Source: Minutocellus sp. GHC0000111
Taxonomy: Eukaryota
Direction: 5' to 3'
Assembly: GCA_977018835.1 (NCBI GenBank)
Contig: OZ361261.1
Coordinates: forward strand, 124,001-188,000
Length of the DNA stretch: 64,000 nucleotides
How positions within the stretch are numbered: position 1 is the stretch's first letter; each line of letters starts with the position of its first letter. The notes under the pieces were generated by a model. The model saw only the letters and a program-made list of their open reading frames with translations, searched no databases and had not been told where the DNA came from. This document shows positions 1 to 12,805 of the stretch, one piece after another. The translations under genes and the position numbers were made by a program.

Positions 1-28
1 CGACCAGGCTCTGGCCAAGTCGGCGTCG

Positions 29-2510
29 ATGGTGGGGGGCACGACCTCGCCGAGAAGGTGCGAGGTGCACACTCCCAAAGTCGATAACGTTGATGGCAGA
101 GACGCCGAGGTGTTCACCTTTGTCGATGTTGGGGATGATACGACCACAAATGTGGGAGGCGACGATGGCACCGAGGCCGATGATGCAGCCTTTTCCGTCG
201 ATAGCGATGTGGAAGAGGATGTCAGCACCCGTGCCTCCGAGGACTACGACGACGAGGATGACGTCTTCAGTGACGACGATCTTGGTTCCGCCACCGAGGA
301 TGAGCTTGATGATTCAACCCTCGATGAAGATCTATCCCTAACCGATGAGTTTGGAGAGTACTACGATGAGGATGAAGACAGCGACGCCGACGCCGATGCC
401 GACGACAGGTACAACGTCCGCGAGGATGACGAGGGCTTCGAGATCACAGCATCGCCTCCCACTTCTCCTCTGTTCGTTCATGGCATCCTCCCATCGGGCC
501 GACCACTGGTGTATGATCGCAAGCCCGGCGAACAAGTCATCCTCAGGGGTGTGCTTCCCAGCGGTCGCAAGATCGATATTCCCGAGGCCGAGGCCTACCT
601 TCTCAGTGACCAGCTGAACTTCGACACGTACAGTCCTCGGTCGGCATCCGTCGCCAAGAGTCCCCGTGGTGCCAATGCCAACAAGGGCGGCCTTGCCGTC
701 CTTCCCACCATTGCCGATGACGGCAAGAGCAAGACCATTGCGAGTCCCACCAACTTCCTCGGCCGTGGATTGGACCCCTATACCACCACCGAAGGTCAAG
801 TCTACCGAGCTGCCGGTGGAAATCTCAATCTAGTCGCCGACGACAGCATGCTGGAAGAAACGCCGGTGATTGCCAATGGCAAGCATGTGATTCCATCACC
901 CTCGGAAGACATTCTCAGCATGAGTTTTCCACTTGAGCTGGCCCAGGAAGACATGATGCCAGTTGAGAAGAAGGAGAAGGCCCGTGCGATCAAAGAGGCG
1001 CGGAGGGAGAAGAGCAAGAACGTCAAAAGTATCGATTCGTCCTCTGACGATACTGCAAATCTCGACGTGGATGACGCAGCCATCATGAAGACCTACCTGA
1101 AGCGGATGCAGCTATTTGATACAGCTCAGAGAATGGGCGAAGGCAGTGAACTTCCACAGTCACCGTCCGTTGCCTCATTGTTCGATGCCAAGGACCTAAA
1201 GATCGATAGAGTCGATGCAGTACTCTTGGAACCCAAGAAGGATCTGAGGGAAGTGATCAACACTATTGCGGGTACTGACAGCAGCTCTGCATCTGACGCG
1301 AGCCATCCAGCGGTAGAGAGCAGAGATGATAGTGCCGGCCGCCGAGGATCTGATCTTTCTGGTATTGATACGATGCCAACGGTGGCGACGGAGCTGGTAG
1401 CAAATCTGAAGCAGGCCACCGTCCGAAGAGAGAATGCCTGTGGCTTACTCTGTATGATGGTCCGGTCGTCGTCGGCCAAGTCAACTATTGGCCACACCCG
1501 AGGAGTCATCCCGGCTCTGTCGGCCGCCCTTGTCGACAAGAACGCTTCCACGGAGCAGAAGCACCGATGCCTCAATGCCCTGATCCTGCTCTCCCAGGAC
1601 TCCAAGGTCCGTTCCATTATGCTCCGATTCTCAGCACTGACAAATGCTCTGAAAGCATCCGCCATCGACGAAAGCCCGCAGGTCCGCCAATTAGTGTTTG
1701 TCCTTCTCATCAATCTCAACAAGGACAAGAGCAACCGCATCATTGTCTGCAAATTCTTTTTGGGACGAGCCACTCACATTATCGAGCTAGCGTCGGCCTT
1801 TGACGATGTGCTTCCCCATCGTGGACACCGTCGCAGCGGCTCAGAGCTTGTCACTGTTCTTTCCGACATGACAATGGATCGCTCTCTCGAGGACGATATC
1901 ATCAGTGCCAACGACACCACATATGATGCTGGGAATCTTCGCCCCGATGAATGCGACGAGGCAACAAAGGCCTCCAGTAATCACCAAGTTTATTTTCAGG
2001 CTCGCAGCAGTGCGCTCAAGGTTCTCCTTGACTTGTCCAACGTTGCAAAGCTCACTGCGATTATGGCACGGCATGAGAATTTACTTGCCACGCTCCTTCG
2101 CCAAGCTGATTCTCTTAAGGCTGGCGACAGCATGATCATCATGGCCATCCTCACAAATCTGACACGTCATTCGGCCAACAGTATCCTTTTGGCTAGCAAT
2201 GAAAGCTTTGTGTCTGTCTTGACGAACGAAGTAAGCTCGAAATCCTCCGTATTCTGCGGAATCTATCAAACTATCCAACTTCTTTCGTCAAGCTGGCCGA
2301 ACTCAACATACCGCTTACGCTTGTCACTTCAATTCGGACCCGTTCCACGCCCGCCGAGGAAAAGCATATCGCCCGTGACATCCTTGCAGCCTCCGGAAAG
2401 TGGGCCTGGAGCTCAGCGCACACAGCCACCCAAGCCAAGGCCATCGATCTTGGCGAGGATATTGGCAAGTCGTTCTGCTATAGGAATCCCCGAAACCAAA
2501 CATGGGCGTG
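29..2510 (+). CDS. Armadillo/ARM-repeat protein with long acidic disordered N-terminus; may be 5'-partial; frameshift near 2231
   Basis: 858-aa ORF with D/E-rich N-half, then ARM-like helices (VIPALSAALVD, RCLNALILLSQD, MAILTNLTRH). At ~2231 another frame continues with ARM-like KLEILRILRNLS to a stop near 2510, while the tracked ORF tail looks non-coding. Confidence 0.6.
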
Positions 2511-3149
2511 AGGAGAGCCGATCAGTGGGTGTAGGCTCGTTTGTCGCTATAAAGAAGGACGAGCACTTATGGAGGATGTCGGGAGGTCGAACGAAGAGAG
2601 AATGAAACCCCAACTGTATGCACAAATGTATCAATATAACTACACACCTCGTGAATTGATTGACGAGGCAAAACTCATACCGATACCCTAGTCATAGCTA
2701 AGCGCGCATAATATATGTTCATAAGAAGAATCGTTTATTGGACTACTATATACAAATTGGTATAGGAATTCCTACATGTCGAAACATGCGCCATCACCGT
2801 CCTCCAGGCGCAGGAATAATTTGAGAGGACGATCACGACACAGTCCCAAGCTCCACCCAACCTCTAATATCATCCTTTGGGTACATGCGCATCTTGAGGC
2901 AACGAATGAAAAAATCCCGCAAATGATGCTCATCAACAGGTGAGCTTTGACCCCCCCCCAATTCGCGCCGAGAACCCAAAATCTCAATTTGAGCCGATTT
3001 TGGGCATCATGGCCGATGATTTCCCACCCCACTGGCCAACTACCGAAAAACTGCCGCATCATCAGCACCTCCTATATCAATGCAAATGAACTTAACGGTG
3101 CAAACCTGGTCTCGAGGACTTCTTGCGAAGAATCACCCCCCAAAACAGT

Positions 3150-3870
3150 CCGCGAAGGCCAGCCGGCTCATTTCTGGACCTGTAGCACGCTCATTTTCGC
3201 CACTGTCGACGAATTTCCTTCAAACCACCGCATCAAGCTCCACCCATAGACCAGGCTCAACGACTTACATGGTAATATCTCGGCGTCGAGGCCAAAAACA
3301 CGAAATATACCACATATACCGTATTTTTCGCTTTCCGACGATATTTTCGATTGACAAGGTGTGAAATCTCGACTCCCACGACGAATTTCCTTCAAACCAC
3401 TGCATCAAACTGCACCTATGACCCAAACAAAATGATTCATATGGTCGAGCTAGGGTCTGGAAGCTTCGTTTGATCAAATAACCTCCAAAAACTGTTTTGG
3501 CGGGAAATTTGTTGGGTTTCAGGAATGAAATGGACGAGTTCTCGACACTCCTTGCGAATTCAGTGTTAATTCTTGCGTCACAACCCACTCATAGACCAAA
3601 CGGATCGAACAAACAGCAGTTTTCCAGGGCTGGAAGCTGTGACTTTCGAGATAAACGCCAAATACCCCGTTTTGCGGCAAATGTCGGATTTGGGCCCAAT
3701 TTCGGCAGTAAAGCATGTGTTTCCTCGACATACCTTGCAAATCGAGTGTTGGTTTCTCGACGACAATCCACCCATGAATCACACGGATCGAATGAACACG
3801 AGCTTTCCGGGGCACGAAGGTCTATCTGACGAGATAACAGCGAAATATTTCATTTTTGCCGAGTTTTCGG
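3150..3870. repeat. Degenerate tandem repeat, about 172-185 bp period
   Basis: Exact 21-mer GACGAATTTCCTTCAAACCAC at 3208 and 3380; related CCCAT/CTCAT...ACGGATCGAA blocks at ~3584 and ~3769; no credible ORF. Confidence 0.5.
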
Positions 3871-4727
3871 ACTGAGCCATTTCTGCCGCCCACCGCGAGG
3901 CTTTTGTGCGCGCATGTGCCCATCTTTACAAGTTGGTGTTGATCGACGGCACACCACGCTTCCTTGTGACCATAGAAGGCTTGTTATTTGGAAGAAGTCA
4001 GGGAGATATGTTGTTTGGTGCCATTCCGATGGGCATGTTGGTCGAATGGGAGGGCAAAATCGTCGGCAGGGCGGGTTGGGCATTAGGTTTACAGTATCCA
4101 CTTCTCAAAAGCATCCCATTTTTACGGAGATTCGCTCAGATTCTCCGAAAAGAACAACCATCTGGCGAACACACGTGTGCGAAAAGTTCGATGACGCGTC
4201 GTTGTTTTTTTCGAAACTTCCCTCCGGTTTTTGCCCATCATATTCTCGAGAGGTGAGCAGCAATGGGATGGATCTGAGTGGAAGTAGGAATTGAAGTGAG
4301 ACGGAAAGATATACCAGAGCCAATACCTTTGCGGATGATACACGGGTACGTCTTGGTCGCTACTGGCTCCGATGGATTCTTGCGAGTTGATGGGTGCGCT
4401 CAACAATTCATCATTGTTCCTTCACTCTGCTGCTGGGAAGTTGTGGTCCAATGCCGGAAAGATATGCTGGATCGGAACTTCTGATTCGTGCTCAGCGGTT
4501 AGGACTGCAATGCCCCATCTCTTCAACTGACCATGCCAAGCACACACTTGCAAATGTATCTGGGTCAGCACTTTTTCAATCAGAATCCAATTCGAGCACA
4601 TCTTGTGCCGTTTTCTGCACATATCTTTTCCATCACTTTTTTCCAAGAAAAGAATTCTTTCTTCAAACTCCGATAAACTGACCTCCACATGTCCCCCCCA
4701 CTGCGAATTCACACAGACTCCACAGAT

Positions 4728-6883
4728 ATGCAAACCGAGCGACACTCCAACGTCGGCGTCGACGGCGCCGACCGCCGCTTCCGATGTTGCGGCAGAGCGT
4801 CGCGATGCGGCATATATAATTCTTCTTCTCCTTCGGCAAATGGCGGCGGCGACCGCGCAGCTCGGACAACAACCACTGTTGCTCTATCTGGCTCTGCCAT
4901 CGTCCTTGCCCTCGCCATGAATATTCCGAATGGCGCGCATGCATTCTCCCCTCAGTCGGTCACGGCCAACATCCGCGCTTCGACCAGGAACAGCGGCGTG
5001 GTGCTTTCGTCGGCGTACACCAAGACCAAGTCGTTGCCAACGACCAGCACTAGTAGCAAGAAGCAAGGGTCCAGATCGAGAAATAAGCTGAACCAGCCGC
5101 CGCCCATCTTTGACGACGTCGATGGAATCGGGCAGTATCCCACCGATGTTATGGATTCGCTATTGACATTGTCGAGGTGGATACCAATGAAATGCTGTTG
5201 AATGCCGACAGCAAAGCATCCGCCGTCTCACCCGCAGAGGAGGAGGAGGCACCCTCCGTCTCCAAGATCATCAAGTTTGCCATCCCTGCGATTGGTGTGT
5301 GGCTCTGCGGTCCAATTCTATCCCTCATCGATACCAGTGCCGTCGGTCTCCTATCGGGCACCGCCCAGCAGGCCGCGCTCAACCCCGCCGTGGCCATATC
5401 GGACTACACCAACCTTTTGTTGGCATTTCTATTCACCGCCACGACCAACCTGAGTGCCAGTGCCCAGGCCGCCGACAAGGGAAACGCCGACAGTCCCCAA
5501 ACGACCAAGACGTTGATCACGGCTCTGCAATTGTCGGGATACGTCGGTACGGCCGTCGGTGCGGCTCTCATCCTCAGTTCCAAGTTTCTCGTGAAAACCA
5601 TGGTGGGCAATGATGCCATCGATGCGGAGGTGATTACTGCCGCCATGAACTATGTCAGGATTCGTGCCCTGGGTGTTCCCGCCGCTGCCATCATTGGGAG
5701 TGCGCAGAGTGCCTGCTTGGGAATGAAGGACATTCGTTCGCCGCTCTACGTGTTGTTGGCTGCCGCCGTGGTCAACTTCTTTGGTGATGTGTTATTTGTT
5801 GGAAGTTCCAACCCCTTGATTGGTGGTGCAGCAGGTGCTGCATGGGCAACGACCTTTTCGCGGTATGCCGCGCTGGGTATGTTCCTCAAATGGTTGCAAA
5901 GTTCGGCCAAGAAGAACGACAAGGTCCAGCAGGACGATGACGATTCATCTACCACTTCCACGGTCAATATTTCCGATGCCATCATGGAATTGACGGGAAC
6001 CCCCGGAAGCAAGGGTTCTGGAAGACGCGCTAAGTTTCGTCAGGCCCTGAAGTCTCTTCGCATGTCTTCTTCGAGCAATGACGCTGGCTCCTACGAGGAC
6101 AAGGCTACCGCCAAGAAGGCCGACGACGATACCTTCTCCACGAGAGGGTTCCTCAAGAACAAGCTGCGAAAGAGGGACATCTTCAAGTTCCCATCGTCCG
6201 ACTCGGCCAAGGAATTCCTCCCCTACGTATTGCCGGTCACCACCACCTCCATCGGTCGGGTATCGTCGTATGCCGCCATGGCCCACGTCGTTGCCTCTTC
6301 GCTTGGTACCGTCGCCATGGCCGCGCAGCAGATTGTCCTATCCCTCTTCTACTGCCTGACTCCGATCGCCGATTCGCTCGGTCTGACCGCCCAGAGCTTT
6401 GTTCCTGGTATCCATTCGCAGAAAGACAGTCCCAACCGACCGGAGGTCATTCGTCAGACCACCACCAACTTCTACAAGGCTGGTGCCATCTTCTCCGCTG
6501 CCATGGTCGGTGCTGTGGCTACCATCCCGATATTTAGCAAGTTCTTTACTTCCGATCCGACGGTTGTGGGCATGGTCAACTCTGTAGCACCATTCCTCGC
6601 CATATTCTTCGCCTCCCATGGAATGTTTTCGGCCTCGGAGGGCGTGCTTCTGGGCCAGAAGGATCTGGGATTCCTCGGCAAGTCCTACGCCACCTTCTTT
6701 GCCGTTGTGCCGGCTCTTATGCTCCAGGTCAAGCGTGCAGCACTCTCCGGTACCAAGGCAATAGACTTGACGTCGGTTTGGGGTGTATTTGTTTCCTACC
6801 AATTGTTCCGATCCGTCATGTGGGGACTCCGTCTGCTGCAGCTCCAGCGACGAGTCAATTCCGATGCTGCTCTTCAGGCATAG
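4728..6883 (+). CDS. MATE-family (DTX-like) efflux transporter, probably plastid-targeted; frameshift near 5149
   Basis: ORF 5177-6883 has MATE motifs (IIKFAIPAIGVWLCGPILSLIDTSAVG, YVRIRALGVPA, AQSACLGMKD). Upstream frame has a hydrophobic stretch ending AHA-FSP. The two frames join by a 1-nt shift at ~5149. Confidence 0.8.
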
Positions 6884-7369
6884 TTGGATTTGATATATCT
6901 TGTGTTCCTTGTTCATACTTATCTTCGTAATCAAAATCATAATGCGTGTAAAGTTGTATCATAGGCACAATCTCAGTTTGCAAACTGGGATCAATCGAGA
7001 AATAATGAATATTTAGCATGGATGATATCGCCTTTGCTTCTCCTCGCTTCATTTTTTCATAGTGAAGCAACACAGCCCAAACCTGGTCCAGACGTCCAGA
7101 CGACATTAGTGCCGGAGCTGATACTCAATAATTGGCATTAGCTGATACTAAATACATATAGTGAATAAATAATAATATCTAGCTAGCTGCTTCTGGCAAA
7201 TATAAGTCATGAACTGTACATGCATCTGTGCTATGCCGGCATCATGTTGCTACTGTACCAGTACATGTAGCTTGCAAATTCAAGATATGATGCACAGTGC
7301 AACTTGTATTGTAGATAGATCTACCAGTACATAATCATTGTGCATGAGCCAACACCGGCAGTTACCATT

Positions 7370-7620
7370 CTGACACTTGCCGAGAATGCCAGTTTCCAAA
7401 CTGGTATTCATTTTTGTTCCAGTTTGCGAACTCGTCTGGTTCCCAAATTCGGATTGGCGTGTTTATCTCAGTTTCCATTCTGGTAGTATCAGTGCGCAAA
7501 CTGAGATCCTAGTTTGGGAACTGGGGCCCAGTGCGCAAACTGGGATAAATGAATCTCAGTTCGCAAACTGGGATCCCAGTTCGCGAACTGGGACAGTGCG
7601 CATTTTGGGACTAACATATA
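7370..7620. mobile_element. Palindrome-rich non-autonomous element (MITE-like) or transposon end
   Basis: Repeated short inverted units CAGTT(T/C)(G/C)(G/C)(G/A)AACTG and CAGTGCGCAAACTG; ends GCGCATTTTGGGACTAACATATA; a related unit lies at ~6970-6992. Confidence 0.5.
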
Positions 7621-7873
7621 TACCTCGACTAGATCTACACGTACTGATTCTTACCTCACCCTCACTCAATCTTATCCTACAATGGTTGCAATTGCGTTTT
7701 TCGTTGATGTTGTTGATATTCGTTCTTACTGCTGATGCAATGAGGCCACCTATTCAATAGAATTTGGTTCTTACTTTTACCATTTTTACGAAGTACAGTT
7801 TTCTAAAATTTATCCAAACTAAACAGCATCCAAATACCGCCCAATCAAATGATGATAGATTTGTAAGAAGATT

Positions 7874-10800
7874 CTAGTGTCCACCGCACTGCAATCGCTG
7901 AGCAGCCTCCTTCATCTCCGAACTAATCTCAACGGAATCGGCACGCTCAACAAACTCGGGAAGCTCATCAAAGTTCAGGTATCGGTAGGTATCAGCAGCG
8001 GTGCTGTCAACGCCCTTCATGTAATCTCTGTACTCATCAGCGGTGGGAAGACGGCCGAGGATACTGGCAACAGCGGCAAGCTCGGCACTGGCAAGGTACA
8101 CGTTGGCGCCCTGTCCAAGACGGTTCGGGAAGTTACGCGTCGAGGTACTGACGACGGTCGACTTGGGAGCGACGCGGGCCTGGTTACCCATGCAAAGCGA
8201 GCATCCGGGCATCTCCGTTCGGGCTCCGGCAGTACCAAAGATCGAGTAGTAACCCTCCGAGGTAAGCTGGGCCTCGTCCATCTTGGTGGGAGGGCAGACC
8301 CAAAGGCGGGTGGGGACGGGCTCACCGAACTCCTTCAGGAGCTTGCCGGCGGCACGGAAATGGCCGATGTTGGTCATGCACGAGCCGATGAACACCTCAT
8401 CAATGTTCTCTCCGGCAACATCCGACAGAGTGGCACTGGCATCGGGATCGTTGGGGAGGGCAAGGATGGGCTCCTTGATGTCGGCAAGGTCAATGTCAAT
8501 GACAGCGGCATAGTCGGCACCGGAATCGGCCTCAAGAAGGACGGGGTTGGCGAGCCACTCCTCCATGCGGGCAATACGACGCTCGAGGGTACGGGCATGA
8601 CCATATCCCTCGGCAATCATCCACTTGAGCATGACGACATTGGACTGCAAATACTCCTTAATGGGATCCTCATCGAGCTGGATGGTACATCCAGCAGCAC
8701 TGCGCTCGGCACTGGCGTCGGAAAGCTCAAAGGCCTGCTCGCACTTGAGCTGGGGAAGGCCCTCGATCTCCAAAATGCGGCCCGAGAAGATGTTCTTCTT
8801 ACCCTGCTTGGCCACAGTCAACAGTCCCATCTTCTCGGCAGTGTACGGAATGGCCTGGACAAGATCACGGAGGGTCACACCGGGCTGCATCTCACCCGAA
8901 AAGCGAACAAGGACCGACTCGGGCATGTCCAGGGGCATAACGCCGGTAGCTCCAGCAAACGCCACAAGGCCCGATCCAGCGGGGAACGAAATGCCAATGG
9001 GGAACCGAGTGTGCGAATCACCACCGGTACCGACAGTGTCGGGAATGAGCATGCGGTTCAACCAGGAGTGGATGATGCCATCACCCGGCCGAAGACTGAC
9101 ACCGCCACGGGTGCGGATAAAGTCGGGCAGGGTGTGGTGGGTCACCACATCGACCGGCTTGGGATAGGCGGCCGTGTGGCAGAAACTCTGCATGACGAGG
9201 TCGGCCGAGAAGCCCAGACAGGCCAAACTCTTGAGCTCGTCACGGGTCATGGGTCCGGTGGTGTCCTGCGAACCAACCGTCGTCATGGCGGGCTCGCAGT
9301 ACTGTCCGGGAACGACTCCGTCAACTCCGCAGGCCCGGCCGACCATCTTCTGCGCCAGGGTGAATCCGGCGGGAGTCACGTCGGGCTCATCGGGAAGGCG
9401 GAAGGTGTCAGCAACGCTGGCATCGCGGCCCAAAGCCACACGGGCCTTGCTGGTCAATCCACGGCCAATGATGAGGGGAATGCGTCCACCGGCCCGGACC
9501 TCGTCGAGGATGACGGGCGTCTTGAGCTCAAAGGTACTCAGAACCTCGTCGGTTCCCGACTTGGTCACCTTGCCCTCGCGGGGGAAGATGTCGATGACGT
9601 CCCCGGTGTTGAGGCCGGTCACGTCCATCTCGAGGGGGAGGGCACCGGAATCCTCCATGGTGTTGAAGAAGATGGGGGCAATCTTGCCACCGATGCAGAC
9701 GCCGCCGGACTTGATGTTGGGAACGTGGGGAATGTCCTCGCCCATGAACCAAAGCAGCGAGTTGGTGGCCGATTTACGGGAGGAACCGGTACCGACGACG
9801 TCGCCGACGTAGGCGAGGGGATGGCCCTGGGCCTGGAGGTCGGCAATCTGCTTGAGGGGGCCGATCTCCCCCTCCTTCTCGGGGTGGATTCCGTCGCGGG
9901 AGTTCTTGAGCATGGCCACGGCGTGGAGGGGGATGTCGGGACGGGACCAGGCATCCTGGGCCGGGCTGAGGTCGTCGGTGTTGGTCTCGCCGGAGACTGT
10001 GTGCACGCATAGACGAGGATAAAGGAAGCTCGGTTAGTTGCATGTATAGATGATGGTTTGGATAGTATAGAAATGCCATAACTTAGGCATATATAATATA
10101 AATAAATATAATATATATATATATCATATTTCAATTCAAATATCAAATGTCAACTGCCGCCAAACTCCAACCAACTACTCACCCTTGAAGATCGTGACGG
10201 TGATCTTGTCGGGCACCTCCGGCTTGCCGGTGTACCACTCGGCGTCGGCCCAGCTCTCCAACACCTCGGTGGCGACGGCGTTGCCCGCCTTGTGCAGCTC
10301 CTCGACGTCGTGGAAGGCATCGAACACCAGCAGGGTGTGCTTGAGCTGATCCCCGGCCAGCTGGGCCATGGAGGCGTCACTGTCGGACAGGAGGGTGACG
10401 AGGGTGGCCACGTTATAACCTCCTTGCATGGTTCCCAGCAGTTCAATGGCGCGGGAACGGGAGATGAGGGTGGGTGCCTCGTCGCCCAGGGCGAGGGCGG
10501 AGAGGTAGGCGGCCTTGGGGTAGGCCGCCTCGTCGACTCCGGGGGGGACGCGGTTGGAGAGGAGATCGACGAGCTGCGTGTGTTGGGACGAAAGGAAGTG
10601 GGGTGGGAAAAGGATAGGGTGAGATCCGATCGATTTGTATACTCGTTAGAAATTGCCGCACATCACCGTCTCCATCCTATCTAACATCGTTTCCTATTGC
10701 CAATAAATCATCCCGGCAAAGCCCAATGCGAAATGCGAACCCCCTGCGAACCCCCTCCGCCTCAATTGAAAGCCGCCGACGATCCCCTTCTTTCCTCCGA

Positions 10801-11449
10801 ACCAAGGAGCCTCCGACCCCCCGAAATGAGCGAACAGAAAGCCAGCCCTGATCCGATGCCGCACAAATCAACCGTCGAGGCGCACGAATCCGAGCCTTGG
10901 TTCCTTCCCTTCCGACGCGCAAACAAATATATGTATTTCCAAACCATTCGGCCCTCCTTATCCATCCATCCATCCATCCGAATTTTGTTTCCAACCCATC
11001 CCAAGCATTCATAAGGCGGGGCAACGTACCCTGTCGGCGTCGGCGTCTCCCTCCTTTGCGGCCTTGATCTCGCCGATGAGCGTAGTCACCTGGGCCGCGT
11101 CGAGGGGTTGGGGCGCCACCCCCAGCCCCTCGGCCAGGGCCGCGCGTTCTTCGACGTGGGCGTCGTAGTCCGACAGGAACGACAGGCTGCGGGTGGAAGA
11201 GAAGGTGTAGATGGTCGGACGGCGGGTGGGATTAAGAGCAGAGGGAGAGGTGAGATTAAGGGACGAGGCGGAGGACCAGAGGGAGCGGAGGCCGACGGCC
11301 TTGAAGCCGGCTCCCCGGAAGGACGTGGGGCCGGCAGAACCCGAAAGGACGGAAGCCGAACGGACGGCCGTGCGGGCCATCGAAGCGCCGCTGATCGCGG
11401 AGGCGGCCCGGCGCGAGGCGGTCCGGAGGAGGAGGGAGGAGGCGTTCAT
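7874..11449 (-). CDS. acnB: Aconitate hydratase B (bacterial AcnB-type aconitase) with mitochondrial presequence; exons 11449-11030, 10573-10183, 9996-7874
   Basis: AcnB motifs [90 protein letters not shown] introns restore the frame. The N-terminus is R/S/A-rich. Confidence 0.95.
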
Positions 11450-12042
11450 TGGGATTGTCTCAAAAAGTAATATATGTATCCCCTTTCCGATAAATCTACA
11501 GTACTGCGAATGTTGGGAGGGCGTTTCCGTGGATACCGCTCCTTCCTTCTTGGCGTTGGGTTGTATGGAAAATGCCGATGCCTTCGTTCTTTGCGCCGGA
11601 GGTTTGCTTTGTGTGGATCGGGAGGGCATAAAAGATATCCGACTGCTACCGAGTGAGATACACGTGTCGGTCGGATGAGTCGAGGTTTGCGCATCGCGTG
11701 CATCGCCAAAAATCCCGAGAAAATTCCAAGGCGAATCTGACTGCGCGCCGCCAAGAGCACGACGAGGCATCAAGCACATTGCTGCTCTTGCTGTAACCAA
11801 GACCATCCCATGCCCCAAGAGGTACTAGTACTACCGTCAGCAGCGCATCGCAATACGGCAACCACCACCTTCGAATCTCTGGAGCTCGTGCCCAGCCCAA
11901 CGGATCAATCCTCTCCCGAAGTGTTTGTCTATTGCTGCTCTTCTTCTCTATTGGATAGCCTCTTTCTAGTCCTCGACCTGGCCTGCACGTAACATCGTAC
12001 AATACATACTGCGTAGAAGCACAACCAATCAATCAACCAACC

Positions 12043-12660
12043 ATGTCCTCGTCCGCCGACGGCATCGCCCCCCCCGAGCGCTCCACCCTGGAAGCCGAGC
12101 AGCGCACGTCCTACCTGGAAACCAGGCTCCGCGAGGTCACCACCGACGCCAACGCCTTGGCCACGGAATTCATGTCCCTTCGCGAACAACTCTCCAACGA
12201 GAACGCCTACCTTTCCACGCGCATCGCCGAGCTGGGCAACGTCCGGGACGACCACACGCGGGAGATTGCCCACCTGGCCCAGGAGAATTTGAGAATTGCG
12301 GCCCAGAACGAGGATATGGTCCGACGGTTGAAGGAGGTGGGAACTCTGGTCCAGGTGATGGGAGGACAGAGGGGCAAGTTGATGGGCAAGGTGGAGGAGT
12401 GGGAGGATGGGCTCATGGTGGCCGGTAGAGAAGGGTGGAGGGCCCCCGCCACTCCCAGAGTTGTGGAAAACAAGAAGGGATTTGGATTCCAGGACACAGT
12501 GGAGCAGGCGGAGAGCAAGGACAGCAGCGTGGGTATGGGCAGCCTCGTCAGCGGGGCCAGTTCTGCGGAGGAGGCCGAGGAGGAGAAAGACGGCGCGCCC
12601 CCCGCGATCAGCGCCTCGGACAGCGGCGAGGCCGTCTTTGGCGGCGCCGCCTCGTTCTAG
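12043..12660 (+). CDS. Hypothetical coiled-coil protein
   Basis: 205-aa ORF, GC3-rich codons, heptad-like L/E/R pattern, AT-rich 3' flank. Confidence 0.6.
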   Translation: MSSSADGIAPPERSTLEAEQRTSYLETRLREVTTDANALATEFMSLREQLSNENAYLSTRIAELGNVRDDHTREIAHLAQENLRIAAQNEDMVRRLKEVGTLVQVMGGQRGKLMGKVEEWEDGLMVAGREGWRAPATPRVVENKKGFGFQDTVEQAESKDSSVGMGSLVSGASSAEEAEEEKDGAPPAISASDSGEAVFGGAASF

Positions 12661-12805
12661 TAAAATGCAGAGGAGGCCAACCAACCAGATATCGAAAATT
12701 TTGTACGTTAACGCAGGCATTCCCATGCAATGGCTTGATATGATGTAAAAAAAATAAAAACAAATCAAAACTTCCAATCTATCTCTACTAGCTAGTATGC
12801 TCTAT

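Noticed and set aside
2231..2389. GTAAGC at 2231 as an intron donor in the ARM gene
   Set aside because: The sequence right after it reads as ARM-like protein in another frame, so an indel fits better; not fully excluded.
7370..7620. Possible CRISPR-like array
   Set aside because: Units are degenerate, irregularly spaced and lack unique constant-length spacers; eukaryotic context with no cas genes.
7874..10006. Bacterial contamination suggested by AcnB
   Set aside because: The gene has spliceosomal introns and a presequence and sits among eukaryotic genes.
7877..10012. 711-aa plus-strand ORF
   Set aside because: Antisense shadow of the GC3-rich AcnB exon; no domain features.
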